This document shows positions 22,101 through 33,839 of a stretch of 64,000 bases of DNA, piece by piece. The notes under the pieces are model-generated. The model was not told the DNA's origin and searched no databases. It worked only from the letters and a program-made list of their open reading frames with translations. Source of the stretch: Hormiphora californensis (Eukaryota > Animalia > Ctenophora); NCBI GenBank assembly GCA_020137815.1, contig CM035356.1, positions 930,001 through 994,000 on the forward strand, read 5' to 3'. The first letter of the stretch is position 1; every line of letters begins with the position of its first letter. The position numbers were made by a program, and so were the translations under genes.

Positions 22101-25100
22101 AGGGTTAGAACCTAACAAATAACACCGTGGATATTTGTTTAACTAGGTACCTAATTGTTGTCCCTCTCTTAAGGAACGAAAGACAGCGAACCAAGTCTGA
22201 CTCGGGATCCCAAACGGACAGGTGTGATGTAAAGGTGAACCCCAGGTTCTATCCCCTCCCCGACAAGAAACGAAAGGGATCTGATACCGCGGTAAGTTTC
22301 CCATATATTCTAGTTTCTTACCCCCCCCCCCCCAGTTATAAGTTGTATTTCCCCCGTATTAACTATTATTTCTGAAACCCATGTAACAATTTAACCCCCT
22401 ATACAGAAAGTACCGGTAACCCCAACTGGATCTGCTGAAATGCCCCGGAAGAGGAAGACTAAATACAGCTCCAACCCACCAATGGAGAGTCCTGTTGGCT
22501 GGGTGATGGGAAACAAACCTCGATATAACTCAACGTAAGATCTGCTCGATTCGAGCAGCTCGAATATCAATCTTATGTTTTGTCGTACACCAAGCCACTC
22601 ACTTTGTGCCCAAACTCAGAATACTGATAATATTTTTTTAAACCTCTAGTTTCTAACACATACCCTTCTGATATAAGAGATACATGCCCCTAACACCATG
22701 CCCTACAAATAACACCCTCTAACACCCGTCCTCTCCGTCCATGCTAGGAGTGAGGAGGCAGCTGGAACTTCACCTTTACCAGGTTCACTGCCCAAATACA
22801 ACCACCCCTCTCACGATCTGCTGAAGGAGAATGGATTCACGCAGACCGTCTACCATAAATATCATCAAAAGTGTCTCAAAGGTAACTAAAGCTCCTATAT
22901 CTAAGCAAGACAAAGGTAGATTGTATGATTATGTAAGACGTTGTCCCTATCTTGATTGATAGGCATCTTACGTACACTAGAATTGATGGGAATAAAGTAA
23001 ACACAAAGCTTGAATGAACGAATCAAATTGGTAGTACAATCACAATAACGGGTGACAACTAAAAATCTGGATATTTTTCTGTGAGCTCTAGCGCCGGTCT
23101 CGTTTGAGATACAGCTTCGGGCTAGTGATAGAACGAATTTTCTGACAATTTTGAATCAGAATAACATAACGGGAAAGACTAAAAAGTTCATTTTCATTGC
23201 CATATCGCATCATTTCCTCTTGACCCACCATAGCATGTAGTACGGAGATATGAGATTTCTATGTGATCAGAAACAACCTTCCCGATATGAAATAGAATTC
23301 TCAAAATTGGAAGTCTGGTTGTTCATGCCATAACCAACATAACTTTTTAACATTTTAGCTTATCAGGAAATTGGTTTTCCATGTCATAAATGTTTCGAGA
23401 GATCGTCAAAATGGCGATTTTTCAAATTACCTGTAAACTACGATTTGAAAGGTTTGTTACAGATGATTCTGTGATCAGAATTGGCATTAACGGAGTGTGA
23501 AACAAAGTTAATTTCGTTCAAAATTGTCTGAAAAATCATTCTATCGCTGCCCCGAAGCTGTATCTCAAAAAGAACAGGCGCTAGAGGTGCTAGAAAAGTG
23601 TGTAAATTTCACGTAATACATGCTTTGGTGGGTCAAGAGGAAATGATGCGATATGGCAATGAAAATGAACTTTTTAGTCTTTCCCGTTGTGTTATTCTGA
23701 TTCAAAATTGTCTGAAAAATCGTTCTATCACTAGCCTGAAGTTTTATCTCAAACGGGGACGGCGCTAGAGCTCACAGAAAAGTGTCCAGATTTTTAGTTG
23801 TCACCCGTTATATCTGAACAACACGGCATAATACTCAGTATTCTCAGTACTACAAATACTACTATGACTATGTTCAAGATAATAAAGAAGTCCATATGGG
23901 AGGTAGGGTTTTTGATAGAGTCAAGCAGAAGAGCAACCAATTCCGGCTGGTTCAGATCCAAACTGTTTTTGAGAGAGAGAAATCTCCGCTTATAAGCGCT
24001 TATATAGAACTTTTATATAGAACGTTTATCGAGCTCTGACCTGACCACAAGCGTGCCAAGCCTCTCGGTCATCTCCCTTCCTTGAGGTCCTTATCTCTCC
24101 TCCTCGGTGGTTTTGATGATCTAAAACTCGAGCATCGAGGTCCGTCTAAAGTGCCGTACTCAGATAGAGAGTCACGTATTTATATGTGGTCGCTGGTGAT
24201 TACTAGGTAATCAAGACGTCACGGTTGTGATCGCCAAGTCTGCACACGGACCCCCGTGTACACTCCCACACTCTGAAAATCGCCATCAGGTTCCCTTGGT
24301 CCCATGACGGGAATCGAAGTCCATTTCTTTGAGGTACATCCAACTCCTGGAAATGCTTGTGTCCAATCAGGGTCCCTCAATCTCCCACCATGTCTGCAAA
24401 TAACATGCGAATATTGCATCGGTCTCTACAGAGTTTTGACGCCTCACCGATCACACATTTCCCAACTTGCAAAGGATGCTATATCCATCTTTTTATATTG
24501 GTCTCCAACTTTGGTCTAGATGGAGGTGTCTTAGAAACCTCTTCACACGGTCCTCCGTGTACACTTCCCCCCCGAAAGCATCGGATTGGACCATCGCTAA
24601 TACCATCTTAGGACCCATGATGTCTTTTGCCTCTCGATTAAGATAATAATAAAAGTATAAAAGCATCCATAACCCCAACCTATCTCCAGACCGGCAAAAG
24701 AATGGCGAGGGACAAAGCCAGGAAATGAACACACTCTTCCGATTCTGGTCATTCTTCCTCCGGGCTAACTTTAATAGGAAAATGTATGAAGAATTCCGAT
24801 CGCTTGCTGTCGAGGATGCACAATCTGGCGCTAGGTGGGTGTTGTTTGTTTGAGCTTGTATTTCTTTGTTTGGATGCTTTAGAGTTATCGAAGAGTTTGG
24901 GGTATTATCTTATTTACTCTTGTAAAAACTACCCCGACCCCAGGTACGGTTTGGAATGCCTCTTCCGGTTCTACAGTTACGGGCTGGAGAAAAGGTTCCG
25001 ATCAGATATATTCCGAGACTTCATGACTGAGACAATGAACGACTATGAGAATGATCATGTGTACGGACTAGAAAAATTCTGGGCTTTCCTCAAATACTAC

Positions 25101-25399
25101 AAGGTTAGTACTCTTTGTGTGGCTTTGTGAGGGTTCGATCAACTTACTCTGTTCCCAAATCTAAAGGAGGGTTAGAACATAACAAGTGCGTTTGTTCGTT
25201 TTCAGTAATTCGGGAACTTTTATCTTGAGTAAAAACCCCAAAAGAAATATCATTTTTTACCATTATTTTACTCACCACCGTGTTTTCTCTCAGGGTGATA
25301 GCAGTCGACTAAAAGTACTACCTAAGATCACCTCTCTGCTAGAAAAATACAAAACCTTGGATGATTTCCGACGAGAAATGGTAAACCTCTAAAATATTT

Positions 25400-25498
<99 letters not shown>

Positions 25499-25866
25499 CT
25501 CTTCCACTCTGTCTGGGAGAAAATGAACATTTTAACCACCACCCCATTACCTCAGTCCCCGCAGTATTGCCCAATATTCCCCCTCTCTCTGGGGCCTCTC
25601 CCTTCTCTCCGGCCGTTGTTCTTTGTACTGAAATAGTGGCAACAGAAAACGAAAAGCTCCAAGAAAACTTTTCTGTTTAAGTTGGACCCACCCAAAATCT
25701 TTCATTTCACCTCACTCCCTCCCCCTCTCAGTTCCCTGAGGCGTACGGTCTGCCCCCACGAAAGAGGACTATCAGCGAGCGAGTACCACCTGTTGCGGGA
25801 GTGTTCCCTGGTGACCGAAACAGGACGATATCGTGCAACATTGATATGATGGACAAACACCACTAA
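8002..25866 (+). CDS. LARP1: La-related protein 1. Exons approx. 8002-8074, 8181-8263, 8399-8683, 9937-10011, 10094-10144, 13272-13377, 14192-14259, 14476-14705, 15031-15265, 15720-15864, 16240-16360, 16552-16709, 17991-18157, 19789-19885, 21497-21595, 21781-21995, 22174-22291, 22407-22534, 22748-22881, 24690-24834, 24944-25103, 25294-25380, 25732-25866
   Basis: La motif [40 protein letters not shown]; KKWVPLQ; [10 protein letters not shown]; [19 protein letters not shown]; DM15 region [63 protein letters not shown] boundaries are phase-consistent except for one frameshift in exon 14476-14705. The start codon is less certain. Confidence 0.95.
8867..8979. repeat. ~110-bp near-perfect palindrome (fold-back MITE-like) in a LARP1 intron
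   Basis: tacacaaaggaaaaactaccgtttagtata...tatactaaacggtagtttttcctttgtgta. Confidence 0.8.
10180..12015. mobile_element. Non-autonomous TIR element with poly-G/poly-C termini, 6-bp TSD TATCCT and subterminal 10-bp repeat arrays (AAAATTTCYA)
   Basis: Left end GnTTCAACCTAAAAATTTCCATT, right end AATGGAAATTTTTAGGGTTGAACn. TATCCT occurs at 10174-10179 and 12016-12021. Confidence 0.8.
10282..11144. mobile_element. Tc1/mariner-pogo-type non-autonomous element nested in the poly-G element
   Basis: TA|CAGTCGGACCCCGATTTAGTGGC ... GCCACTAAATCGGGGTCCGACTG|TA, with an internal inverted repeat at ~10750-11040. Confidence 0.88.
16750..17925 (+). mobile_element. Probable Helentron-associated (HINE/DINE-like) non-autonomous element with a long 5' fold-back
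   Basis: Subterminal inverted motif AAAGGTGGCCC / GGGCCACCTTT, a 3' GC hairpin TGCGCT-TGCC-AGCGCA right after it, an internal TATATC-type microsatellite, and a palindrome with ~88-bp arms at 16751-16970. Confidence 0.55.
18120..18290 (+). repeat. Triplicated ~57-bp unit containing the exon end and 5' splice site of a LARP1 exon
   Basis: cacaccttcagtagcggacctgtcgatgaaacgggatg|gtacgtaGn occurs three times. Confidence 0.9.
18323..19679. mobile_element. Tc1/mariner-pogo-type non-autonomous element, ~1.36 kb
   Basis: TA|CCGTAAGTTGGGGTAACTTTG ... CAAAGTTACCCCAGATTACGG|TA, repeated GGGGTAACTTTG motifs, and an internal ~100-bp inverted repeat at 18784-19079. Confidence 0.85.
19905..20010. repeat. 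21-bp minisatellite (ACAGACAAACTGACACCATGG)n
   Basis: About 4-5 units are visible. Confidence 0.9.
20196..21120 (-). CDS. Antisense gene nested in a LARP1 intron; secreted protein of ~188 aa, exons 21120-21054, 20810-20492, 20376-20196
   Basis: Signal peptide [22 protein letters not shown], then [29 protein letters not shown]...[38 protein letters not shown]. All GT-AG boundaries are in phase, with a TATA-like CTATATAA ~35 nt upstream. Confidence 0.82.
23046..23811. mobile_element. Non-autonomous TIR element with long (~190 bp) inverted arms
   Basis: taacgggtgacaactaaaaatctgga... / ...tccagatttttagttgtcacccgtta; the arm match extends to cctcttgacccacca / tggtgggtcaagagg. Confidence 0.85.
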
Positions 25867-28800
25867 CGCTGCCAACCCTGTGTGACATTCTGAGAGAGGT
25901 TCAATATAAAGTGATTTACAATTCTGACAGGCTCGCGGCGGTGGTGGTGATGTGAAATGGAACTCTATTATGAGATTGTGAGATATGTAGGGACTACTTT
26001 GCGAGTGAGTAAGTTATTGGGAAAATATAGACAAAAAAATGTTAAAATTGAGTAGAGAATATAAAAATAATATAACAGGGCGGTCACACGCCTCTAACAT
26101 GGTTCAACACGTACACACACACTTGTTTGGGCCCTCATTCTGCGAGTAAGAGATAATGCCCCTTACACTACCCATGTGTTGTCATGTTTTTGTTTGTGTG
26201 ATGTATAAGTAGAGTTAATGAGAGAAAAAACAACGTAACCCCATAATCCTAATGTATGTAGCTTATATGGGATAGTTGCACTAATATATGATCAACATTT
26301 TAGGGTTATTTTTCTCCCGACCCTAAAAAGCGCAAATCTCTAAATACAATACTCTATAATTGAGACAAGCTAGTATAACGGCAGTGTGTGATTAAAACGT
26401 TTAGTAATTTTAATTGCCTTTTTTCTAACAGCGAAAACTTAACGAAGGATCATGGAGAGATCAAGACACCATCTATCAGTATATTCTGTTGAAGATATAT
26501 TTAATTGGTGTCTGAGAAACACCCACACTACTATCAATTAGGGTTCAATTAGTGATATAACAACTGAAGAGAGAGAGAGAGAGAGTGAAAGAGAGGGAGA
26601 GAGTGAGGTGATGTGGGTTTTAGTTTAATTCTTTATTAACCCATTATCATGTTAATTAGGTTGATATAGAGACATGAGAACAATTTAGAGTGTGTCTGTT
26701 AGTAGGGGACCCTAGCGTGGCAAGCAACGGAGCCGTTCAACACCTATACAGTTGGACCCCGATTTACCGGGGACCCTTCTTTATCGGGAAAAACCATTCC
26801 ATCCCGGTAAATCGGGGTACGACTGTAATTACAGGTGCCACACGGATCGTGTTATACCACGTTAGTGTCCCCTACTATGTTTTTTTCTGATCTGCTGTGA
26901 ATGAAACACAAGAGATATGTTACGTGGTGGTTCAGCAACATGGAGCCACTTTGAGATAATGTTTCTGGCCCACCCTGTACGTGTGTCCCTTCCCTTCTAA
27001 AGGTGTGTTAAAGTGTGCAGTTGATGTATGGTGTACTGTTTATGTTGTACAATACACCCACACACATGATATATCAATTAAGAGAGACCAATTAACGGGA
27101 AATTAGCTGCAGAGATACAATTTGCATGTTAGTGTGTGAATGAGAGATTTTTAACGGTTTTAAGAGAGAGGAAAGTGGGGTAATTATTTGGAAGTTTTTA
27201 GGCCTAAAACACACAAATATATGTGTCCTCTTTATGAAGCAATTAGCAAGTTAATTATTTAATTAGTGAGGCAACTTTTCATCGTTTGCCAAAGGAGTTT
27301 GTGATTCCGAATCATGATTAGTGATGAAATTGGTGAACAATGATAATTAGAAGCCCCTAATTACTAACATCTTTTGCGAGAAATGCTGATTTGGAACGTA
27401 ACTTTGTTCAGATACCTCACAATTGTTTGGTTGTACAGGACCGAGGTTTATTTGAATCAGAAGTTCGTTGAACCCGGGAAAGTATGGGTCAATAATTCAG
27501 GAGCCAGGGTTCTCTAGATGGGAGATTTAGGTAGGAAATATGAGGTTGTGTGCGTTTTATGTGCGAAATATTTCTTAGATCGGTTTTTGGGTTTCTGCCA
27601 AGTTACTATGGGAACCATGATCTGTACCTCTATATCGGGGAGAAAAATATTAATTTATTGAAGCCTTCTTTATACGCTAATCTTTATTTAAAAAGGTACC
27701 ATTTTGAGAGTCACACTTCTTTTTTGTAGTGAATAGTGCGAGAGAGAGAACACGGTTGATTTCTTTCAACTGATCACTCTAAAATAAAGTGCAATAGGCT
27801 GTTCTTTTTACCTCTTCGTACCACTTTTGTTTTTTGAAGAAACCGTGCTCAGTTAACTAATTTATTATCAGTCTTCAAATATACAGCCTATTGCTAATAT
27901 CTTTTAAATGCCTTCACACATATATATATTTACTTTGCAAAGTTTGATTTGTTGTGAGACTTGTAGATTCTTTTTTCCTTGTAACACACACACTATAGTT
28001 AAATGAGGTTTAGTTTCTTTATTCCTGCACTTATCCCCGTGTGTGATTCGGTACAATATCATCTGATGTGTGAGAGAGAGCTAGTTTTTTCGTATATGAT
28101 TATTGGTCGTAAACTCCTTACTCTTCAGTTAATAAAAGTCAGCCAATGTGTTTTTCTTTGTTGACAGTCTCAAAAACTGTGATTTGATTTTGATGCAGTT
28201 GGAACGTATTTTGGGAGAATTTTATGAGTACGCTGCTAAAATGATTGCGCGTAAACAAAATTTCTATTGCGCGCGCGAAAAATAAAAAACCTGTGCACGC
28301 GTGCGCTGCACAGGTTTTTGTTGGCATGCGCTGCAGACCCCAAGTGCGCGCGTTTTCCACGGCTTCTTAGGGCCTGTAGCATAGGCCAAAGGTTTTTGTT
28401 TTTTCGCGGTGGTCATTTGGCATGCGCTGCAGACCCCAAGTGCGCGCGTTTTCCACGGCTTCTAGGGGCCTGGGGGTTGGTACGCGCGGTAGACCCCCTT
28501 TGAGACACGACATAACTTTGCGGTGGAGATTTTGGCGGGCGCTATATCTCCGGCACCTGAAGTCCGTTTGACAAAATTCCAACGCCAGTCGATAGTCCTT
28601 GATGTCTTCTACCTCCCTGTTTTTAATTGAAGTTAATTGGCCTTAATTGGCCAGAGTTATGGCCAGTCAAAGTTTTCGCGCGCTACGTCCAAATTTACCT
28701 TGCGCGGCTCGTTTTTTATTATTCACTGCGAATATTCCCGAGTTACGTTAACGTTTGACGTCATATCTCTCTTATTTCTTTATCAATTTCGACGTTCTAA

Positions 28801-28954
28801 AGCTCGCTGGATAGGAAATTGTCAGCTCTTTCCAACGGTTTCAAGAACATGAAGATTGGATACAAACTCGTGGAGATATGGCTTAAATTGTCCCAAAGTT
28901 GAATAATTGACGCCGCGGCGCGTGTTTAAGCGATATTTTTTCATTTCGTCCCAG

Positions 28955-29320
28955 CTTGGCCCAGCTTTTGACTTCGTTACAGCTTTAAAGTCGACCCGTG
29001 GACACTTTTAAAATGTCTTTAGGACACCTGAAGATGACATATGAGAGAGCAGTGGGCCGAGTGACCTCTCACAGTACGTTGAGAGTAATACCTTGCTGCC
29101 ACCACTAGGGTTCACTCACTTTACACTGTCCGACCTTTGTTGTGTAGCTTTATCGGGTATCCTTACCTTTCAATTTTCATCCTTGAATAACTGTAACATA
29201 ATACTATAATACTATGATATAATACTAAATTCCAATTTCATAGTAGCTACTGGATGACAAAAGCTTCGATAATCGATATGAATGTGATGGGCACTAGGTG
29301 TGGTCCAGGTCAGTGGTGTG
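28955..29320. repeat. 366-bp direct repeat, left copy (right copy 31807-32172), flanking the retrotransposon
   Basis: cttggcccagcttttgacttcg...ggtccaggtcagtggtgtg appears identical by eye at both loci. Confidence 0.93.
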
Positions 29321-31806
29321 TGTGTGTGTGTTTAGCACCTCCCATCATTCCTCCCACTGTGCTGTCCCTTCATAGGTCGACAGCCGACCTCCATTATAAT
29401 CACTCCACGCCACTACCCTCCACACAAAGGGACAGTGTTGGTGTTCTCCGGTTCAGTCCTGGTATTCTGCAGAGCAAGCTCCACATTTCCCTCGAACTGT
29501 TCCGGCACCACAAGAAGAGTTTTGATTCATGGCTTAATAGAGACCAGCGTGTCTTGTATGTTGGGACAATGGGTGAAATTTACCTGCCTCCCTGGCTGGT
29601 CTTCGGTTACTACTGCTGCAAGGAGCTGTAGAAGTAGGTGGGTCTTCCGAATTTGCCACAGCGATAACTCACAGCCCGTGAGGCCTGTGTCGGTTGACAA
29701 ATCTTATCACACTCTCGGCCTTGGGTCGATACCGCTAGTACACAGATCTGCATACAGCCAGGAGGTCCGGAAAAGTCTAATTTCTTAGACTTATATTGCA
29801 CGGTTAAGCGTCTACACTTAAAGTAACACTGTGAGGCATTGGGCAAGTATCAGCCTCCAGTGGGTTGCATTTTGCGGATTTAATACTTGCCTAAGGAGGC
29901 GGGGTGGCCGAGTGGGCCCAGAACTGCCCCATTACTCGCGGGTCCTAAGGTAGATGTGTGTGTGTGTGTAGTCCCTCCTAGGTAACAGTCTCGACTCTGT
30001 TACCTGTTTCAGATCAGGATGGTTAGGGGTGCTCAGTTAAATAGATTGCATTTGGCTGTAAGTTTGGAGAGTTTCCCTAGGTCGAGTTTTTGGTCGGGGG
30101 TGAGAATATTCTCGGCAATGTCCTGGTAGTCCAGTTTGTATCTTAGTTCGTCTAGGTCCGGGCAGTGTAGTAGTTTGTGCTCCGCGTTCTCTTTGACATT
30201 GCATAATTCGCAGAGGGCCGATTCGGACTTGTCTTTGTGTGAGATGGCGCTATTTAGGTTGTTTTGTCCTGATATTGCAAGTGTTATGCTTTTGAGATAT
30301 TGTTTATTAGTAAATTTCAGGTTCTTACAATCCCTGATGAGTTTGTAGAGTAGAGTAGTTGTCCATTTGGAGTAGTTGGCCTTTTCGATTTGCCTTATGA
30401 ACTTCTTAGTGCAGTCGTCTCTGACTAATGTCATAAGTTGCGTTTTTGTTAGGTCGAAGGGGTTTGCGGTGGAGGTACTGTCTCTTGTAGCTCTCTTGGC
30501 AATTTGGTCTGCGGCTTCGTTTCCTGGGATGTTGGAGTGGGCCTTGACCTTTTGAATGTTAACGTTGTTGAGTGTCTGTAGGTTCGTAAGGCTTTCTATC
30601 GTAGTTGTTAATTGGATAGAGTTTGAGTAGCCTCTTGTTAATCTCGTTAGAGTGGTCTTGGAGTCAGTGTAGATAATTATGTTTTTGTTTATTGTTTCAC
30701 CTCTCAGTAGGTTGTTTGCTACCATGCAGATGGCCTGGAGTTCAGCTTGGTTGATTGTGTTTATGGGTGCAAGAGGTTGGATTATTACTTTATACTCATG
30801 TTCGTAGATAATGATGGCTCCTGCACCGGTGACTTGGCCATCACTGCTTTCCATCTTTGAGCCGTCTGTGTAGATTTCGATGGTTCCGTCTGTTTGGATA
30901 TTTTCGTTTTGGGAGAAGGTTATTGATTGGGTGGGGGACATATCTAATCCGGCATCTGGGTTTAGGCGACGTAGGTAGTTTTCGATGTCCTTCGAATGGG
31001 TAAGTTTAGCCCGTGTGCCGTGGTTTGGGTCGGACCACCAGTTGTTGTTGATGGTGAGGTGGATGTAATTGTTTATCCTTTCTTTGTTGATAAGGAAGAC
31101 CAGAGGTTTCACTCCTGCTAGTATAGTCAGAGTAGCTGACTGGGTGTGCATATGTCCTCCTGTGATTTTACGGGTTATTGTATTTTGGACTGTTTGTAGT
31201 TTTTGGAGTGTGTTGGTGTTGTTTAGCACCGTGTGGCCCCATATTCCTGCCGCGTATAGTAGGTTTGGCATGATTATTTGGTCGTGTATGAATCTAGCTT
31301 GGTCGAGATTTAGTCCCCAGCGTTTGTTTATGAGGTAGTTTAGTGGTCTGGCTGCTAGTTTTGTTTTTGTTATTTTATTCTTTATATGTGTTTTGAAGGA
31401 TAAGTTTTTGTCGAGGTCGACTCCTAGGTATGGTGCGAATGGTTGTATTGGGAGCGTTTCGTTGTTTAGTTGGATATGTTTTAGGGATATTTTTTGGTGG
31501 GAGTTATGGAACGCAACGATGTTAGTTTTGGCGGTGCTTAATTTTAGACCCTGCTTGTGCACCCATGCTGTTATTATTTTCATCTGTTCGACAATGATGT
31601 CGTGCATGGTTGTGTTGAGGTCAGAGCCGGTGATTATGATGACGATGTCGTCGGCGTAGAGTATGATGAGGTCAAGGTTGGCTGCAGTTAGTTGGATTGT
31701 GTTCATACATAGATTCCAGAGTAAGGGGGATAGTATGCCTCCTTGGGGGGTGCCTCTATGGATTTTGTGTTCTAGGTTTTCCCCTCCTAGCTCTAGTATA
31801 ACTTTC
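29321..31806 (-). mobile_element. 5'-truncated non-LTR retrotransposon (RT + RNase H + CCHC; R1/LOA- or I-group-like) with (CA)n tail
   Basis: The frame is open from the truncation point through GTPQGGILSPLLWN, YADD and YLGV. (CA)n tracts lie at ~29317-29331 and 29955-29969. Confidence 0.92.
30033..31806 (-). CDS. C-terminal part of retrotransposon ORF2 (reverse transcriptase, RNase H, Zn knuckle)
   Basis: 557-aa ORF plus 33 upstream in-frame codons. Motifs: LYADD, PYLGV, RNase H IYTDGSK / QAELQAI / IYTDS / KAHSNIPGNEAADQIAK, and CELC..ENAEHKLLHCP. Confidence 0.93.
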
Positions 31807-32409
31807 CTTGGCCCAGCTTTTGACTTCGTTACAGCTTTAAAGTCGACCCGTGGACACTTTTAAAATGTCTTTAGGACACCTGAAGATGACATATGAGAGA
31901 GCAGTGGGCCGAGTGACCTCTCACAGTACGTTGAGAGTAATACCTTGCTGCCACCACTAGGGTTCACTCACTTTACACTGTCCGACCTTTGTTGTGTAGC
32001 TTTATCGGGTATCCTTACCTTTCAATTTTCATCCTTGAATAACTGTAACATAATACTATAATACTATGATATAATACTAAATTCCAATTTCATAGTAGCT
32101 ACTGGATGACAAAAGCTTCGATAATCGATATGAATGTGATGGGCACTAGGTGTGGTCCAGGTCAGTGGTGTGGAAGATACCATCCAAGAAGATACCAAGA
32201 TCGTTGATCGTTGCTTTGATGCTCCTGATCTTCAATGCGATCAATTGGAGTTGTACTACTCTCTTTAAAACTGTAAGTTGAATTCCTTGATTTATTCACC
32301 TCATCTCTTTCTCTATCTCTCTACATCTCTCTCTAGATCTCTCTCTAGACCTCTCTCTAGACCTCTCTCTAGACCTCTCTCTAGATCTCTCCCTAGATCT
32401 CTCCATGTC

Positions 32410-32900
32410 CATCTAGATCTCCATCTCTAGATCTCCATCTCTAGATCTCCATCTCTAGATCTCCATCTCTAGATCTCCATCTCTAGATCTCCATCTCTAG
32501 ATCTCCATCTCTAGATCTCCATCTCTAGATCTCCATCTCTAGATCTCCATCTCTAGATCTCCATCTCTAGATCTCCATCTCTAGATCTCCATCTCTAGAT
32601 CTCCATCTCTAGATCTCCATCTCTAGATCTCCATCTCTAGATCTCCATCTCTAGATCTCCATCTCTAGATCTCCATCTCTAGATCTCCATCTCTAGATCT
32701 CCATCTCTAGATCTCCATCTCTAGATCTCCATCTCTAGATCTCCATCTCTAGATCTCCATCTCTAGATCTCCATCTCTAGATCTCCATCTCTAGATCTCC
32801 ATCTCTAGATCTCCATCTCTAGATCTCCATCTCTAGATCTCCATCTCTAGATCTCCATCTCTAGATCTCCATCTCTAGATCTCCATCTCTAGATCTCCAT
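32410..32900. repeat. Homogeneous 14-bp minisatellite (CTCTAGATCTCCAT)n
   Basis: About 35 near-perfect units, flanked by degenerate 11-bp (CTCTCTCTAGA-like) units. Confidence 0.97.
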
Positions 32901-33093
32901 CTCCATCTCTCTCTAGACCTCTCTCTCTAGATCTCTCCATCTCCATCTCCATTCTCCAACCTATAATGTGAACCTGCCTGTGTAGTTCCTGATGGTGGGA
33001 GGGGAGGGGGGCTATTCTCCTAGTGCCGGCGAGTCCCCTGTAGGCTTGCCGTTGGAAAGCCCAGGCACTCCGTAGATAGATAGATAGATCTCC

Positions 33094-33190
<97 letters not shown>

Positions 33191-33491
33191 CTCCTGGACC
33201 CCAACTAATCAAACATATGCTCCTCCTGCATAACCCACCTCTGAATCCCTTCTAGCTCAACTCTGGACCCGCCTTTGAACCCCCTCTGATAGTTTAATCA
33301 AATGTTAGTAACAAAATACTCTCTCAGATTCCGTTCCGGAAACCAAATTACTGGGTCAAGATACTAATATTACTGGGCCAACGTACTATGAGCTAAACAC
33401 CTGAGTAGGGGAACCGTTCACAGCTGCTTCTCAGCAGATTTTTATTGATGGATTCACAGACCCTAGTAAGTGGTTCTAGTCTAGAACTGGG

Positions 33492-33706
33492 GGTGGGCGG
33501 ACTCTAGTGCTAACGGACTCTATATCTAAACCCAAGGAGGACTCTAATTCTAACCCTAACCTTTACCCTAACCCCTAACCTCGAGCCCAAATAACGGCCC
33601 TAACACTTCTAAATGAGTATAGAGGTACAGCGAACTCTCGTTTCCGGCCTAACGGCCGAAATCTCGAGTTCGCTTTTCGTGATTTTAGCACTAGAGTCCG
33701 CACACC
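33492..33706. mobile_element. Mutator-like MITE with 9-bp TSD AGAACTGGG, containing telomere-like CTAACC repeats and an internal hairpin
   Basis: TIR GGTGGGCGGACTCTAGTGCTAA / TTAGCACTAGAGTCCGCACACC; TSD at 33483-33491 and 33707-33715. Confidence 0.8.
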
Positions 33707-33839
33707 AGAACTGGGATAGTATGGATCAACCTCTGGACCCCTACTAAGCAACATGTGGACCTCTTCTAGCCCACCTCTGAGTCCTTTTACCTCAGCAGTC
33801 AGCTCCTTACTAACTCCCGCTGAAACCTCTCTATTATAT

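Noticed and set aside
24200-24630. Minus-strand stretch with repeated Cys-containing motifs, vaguely like a decayed CCCH zinc finger or transposon ORF
   Set aside because: Multiple stops and frameshifts; no family assignment can be supported by eye.
29898-29935. GGCGGGGTGGCCGAGTGG resembling a tRNA 5' half or A box
   Set aside because: No B box, T arm or acceptor-stem partner follows.
28955-32172. 366-bp direct repeats as LTRs or Penelope pseudo-LTRs
   Set aside because: No TG..CA ends, PBS or integrase. The RT is non-LTR type, truncated mid-domain at the repeat, and ends in a (CA)n tail.
32410-32900. Regular repeat array as a possible CRISPR
   Set aside because: It is a pure tandem 14-mer with no spacers, in a eukaryotic context with no cas genes.
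33545-33580. CTAACC repeats as an interstitial telomere
   Set aside because: Only a few degenerate units, located inside a TIR/TSD-bounded MITE.
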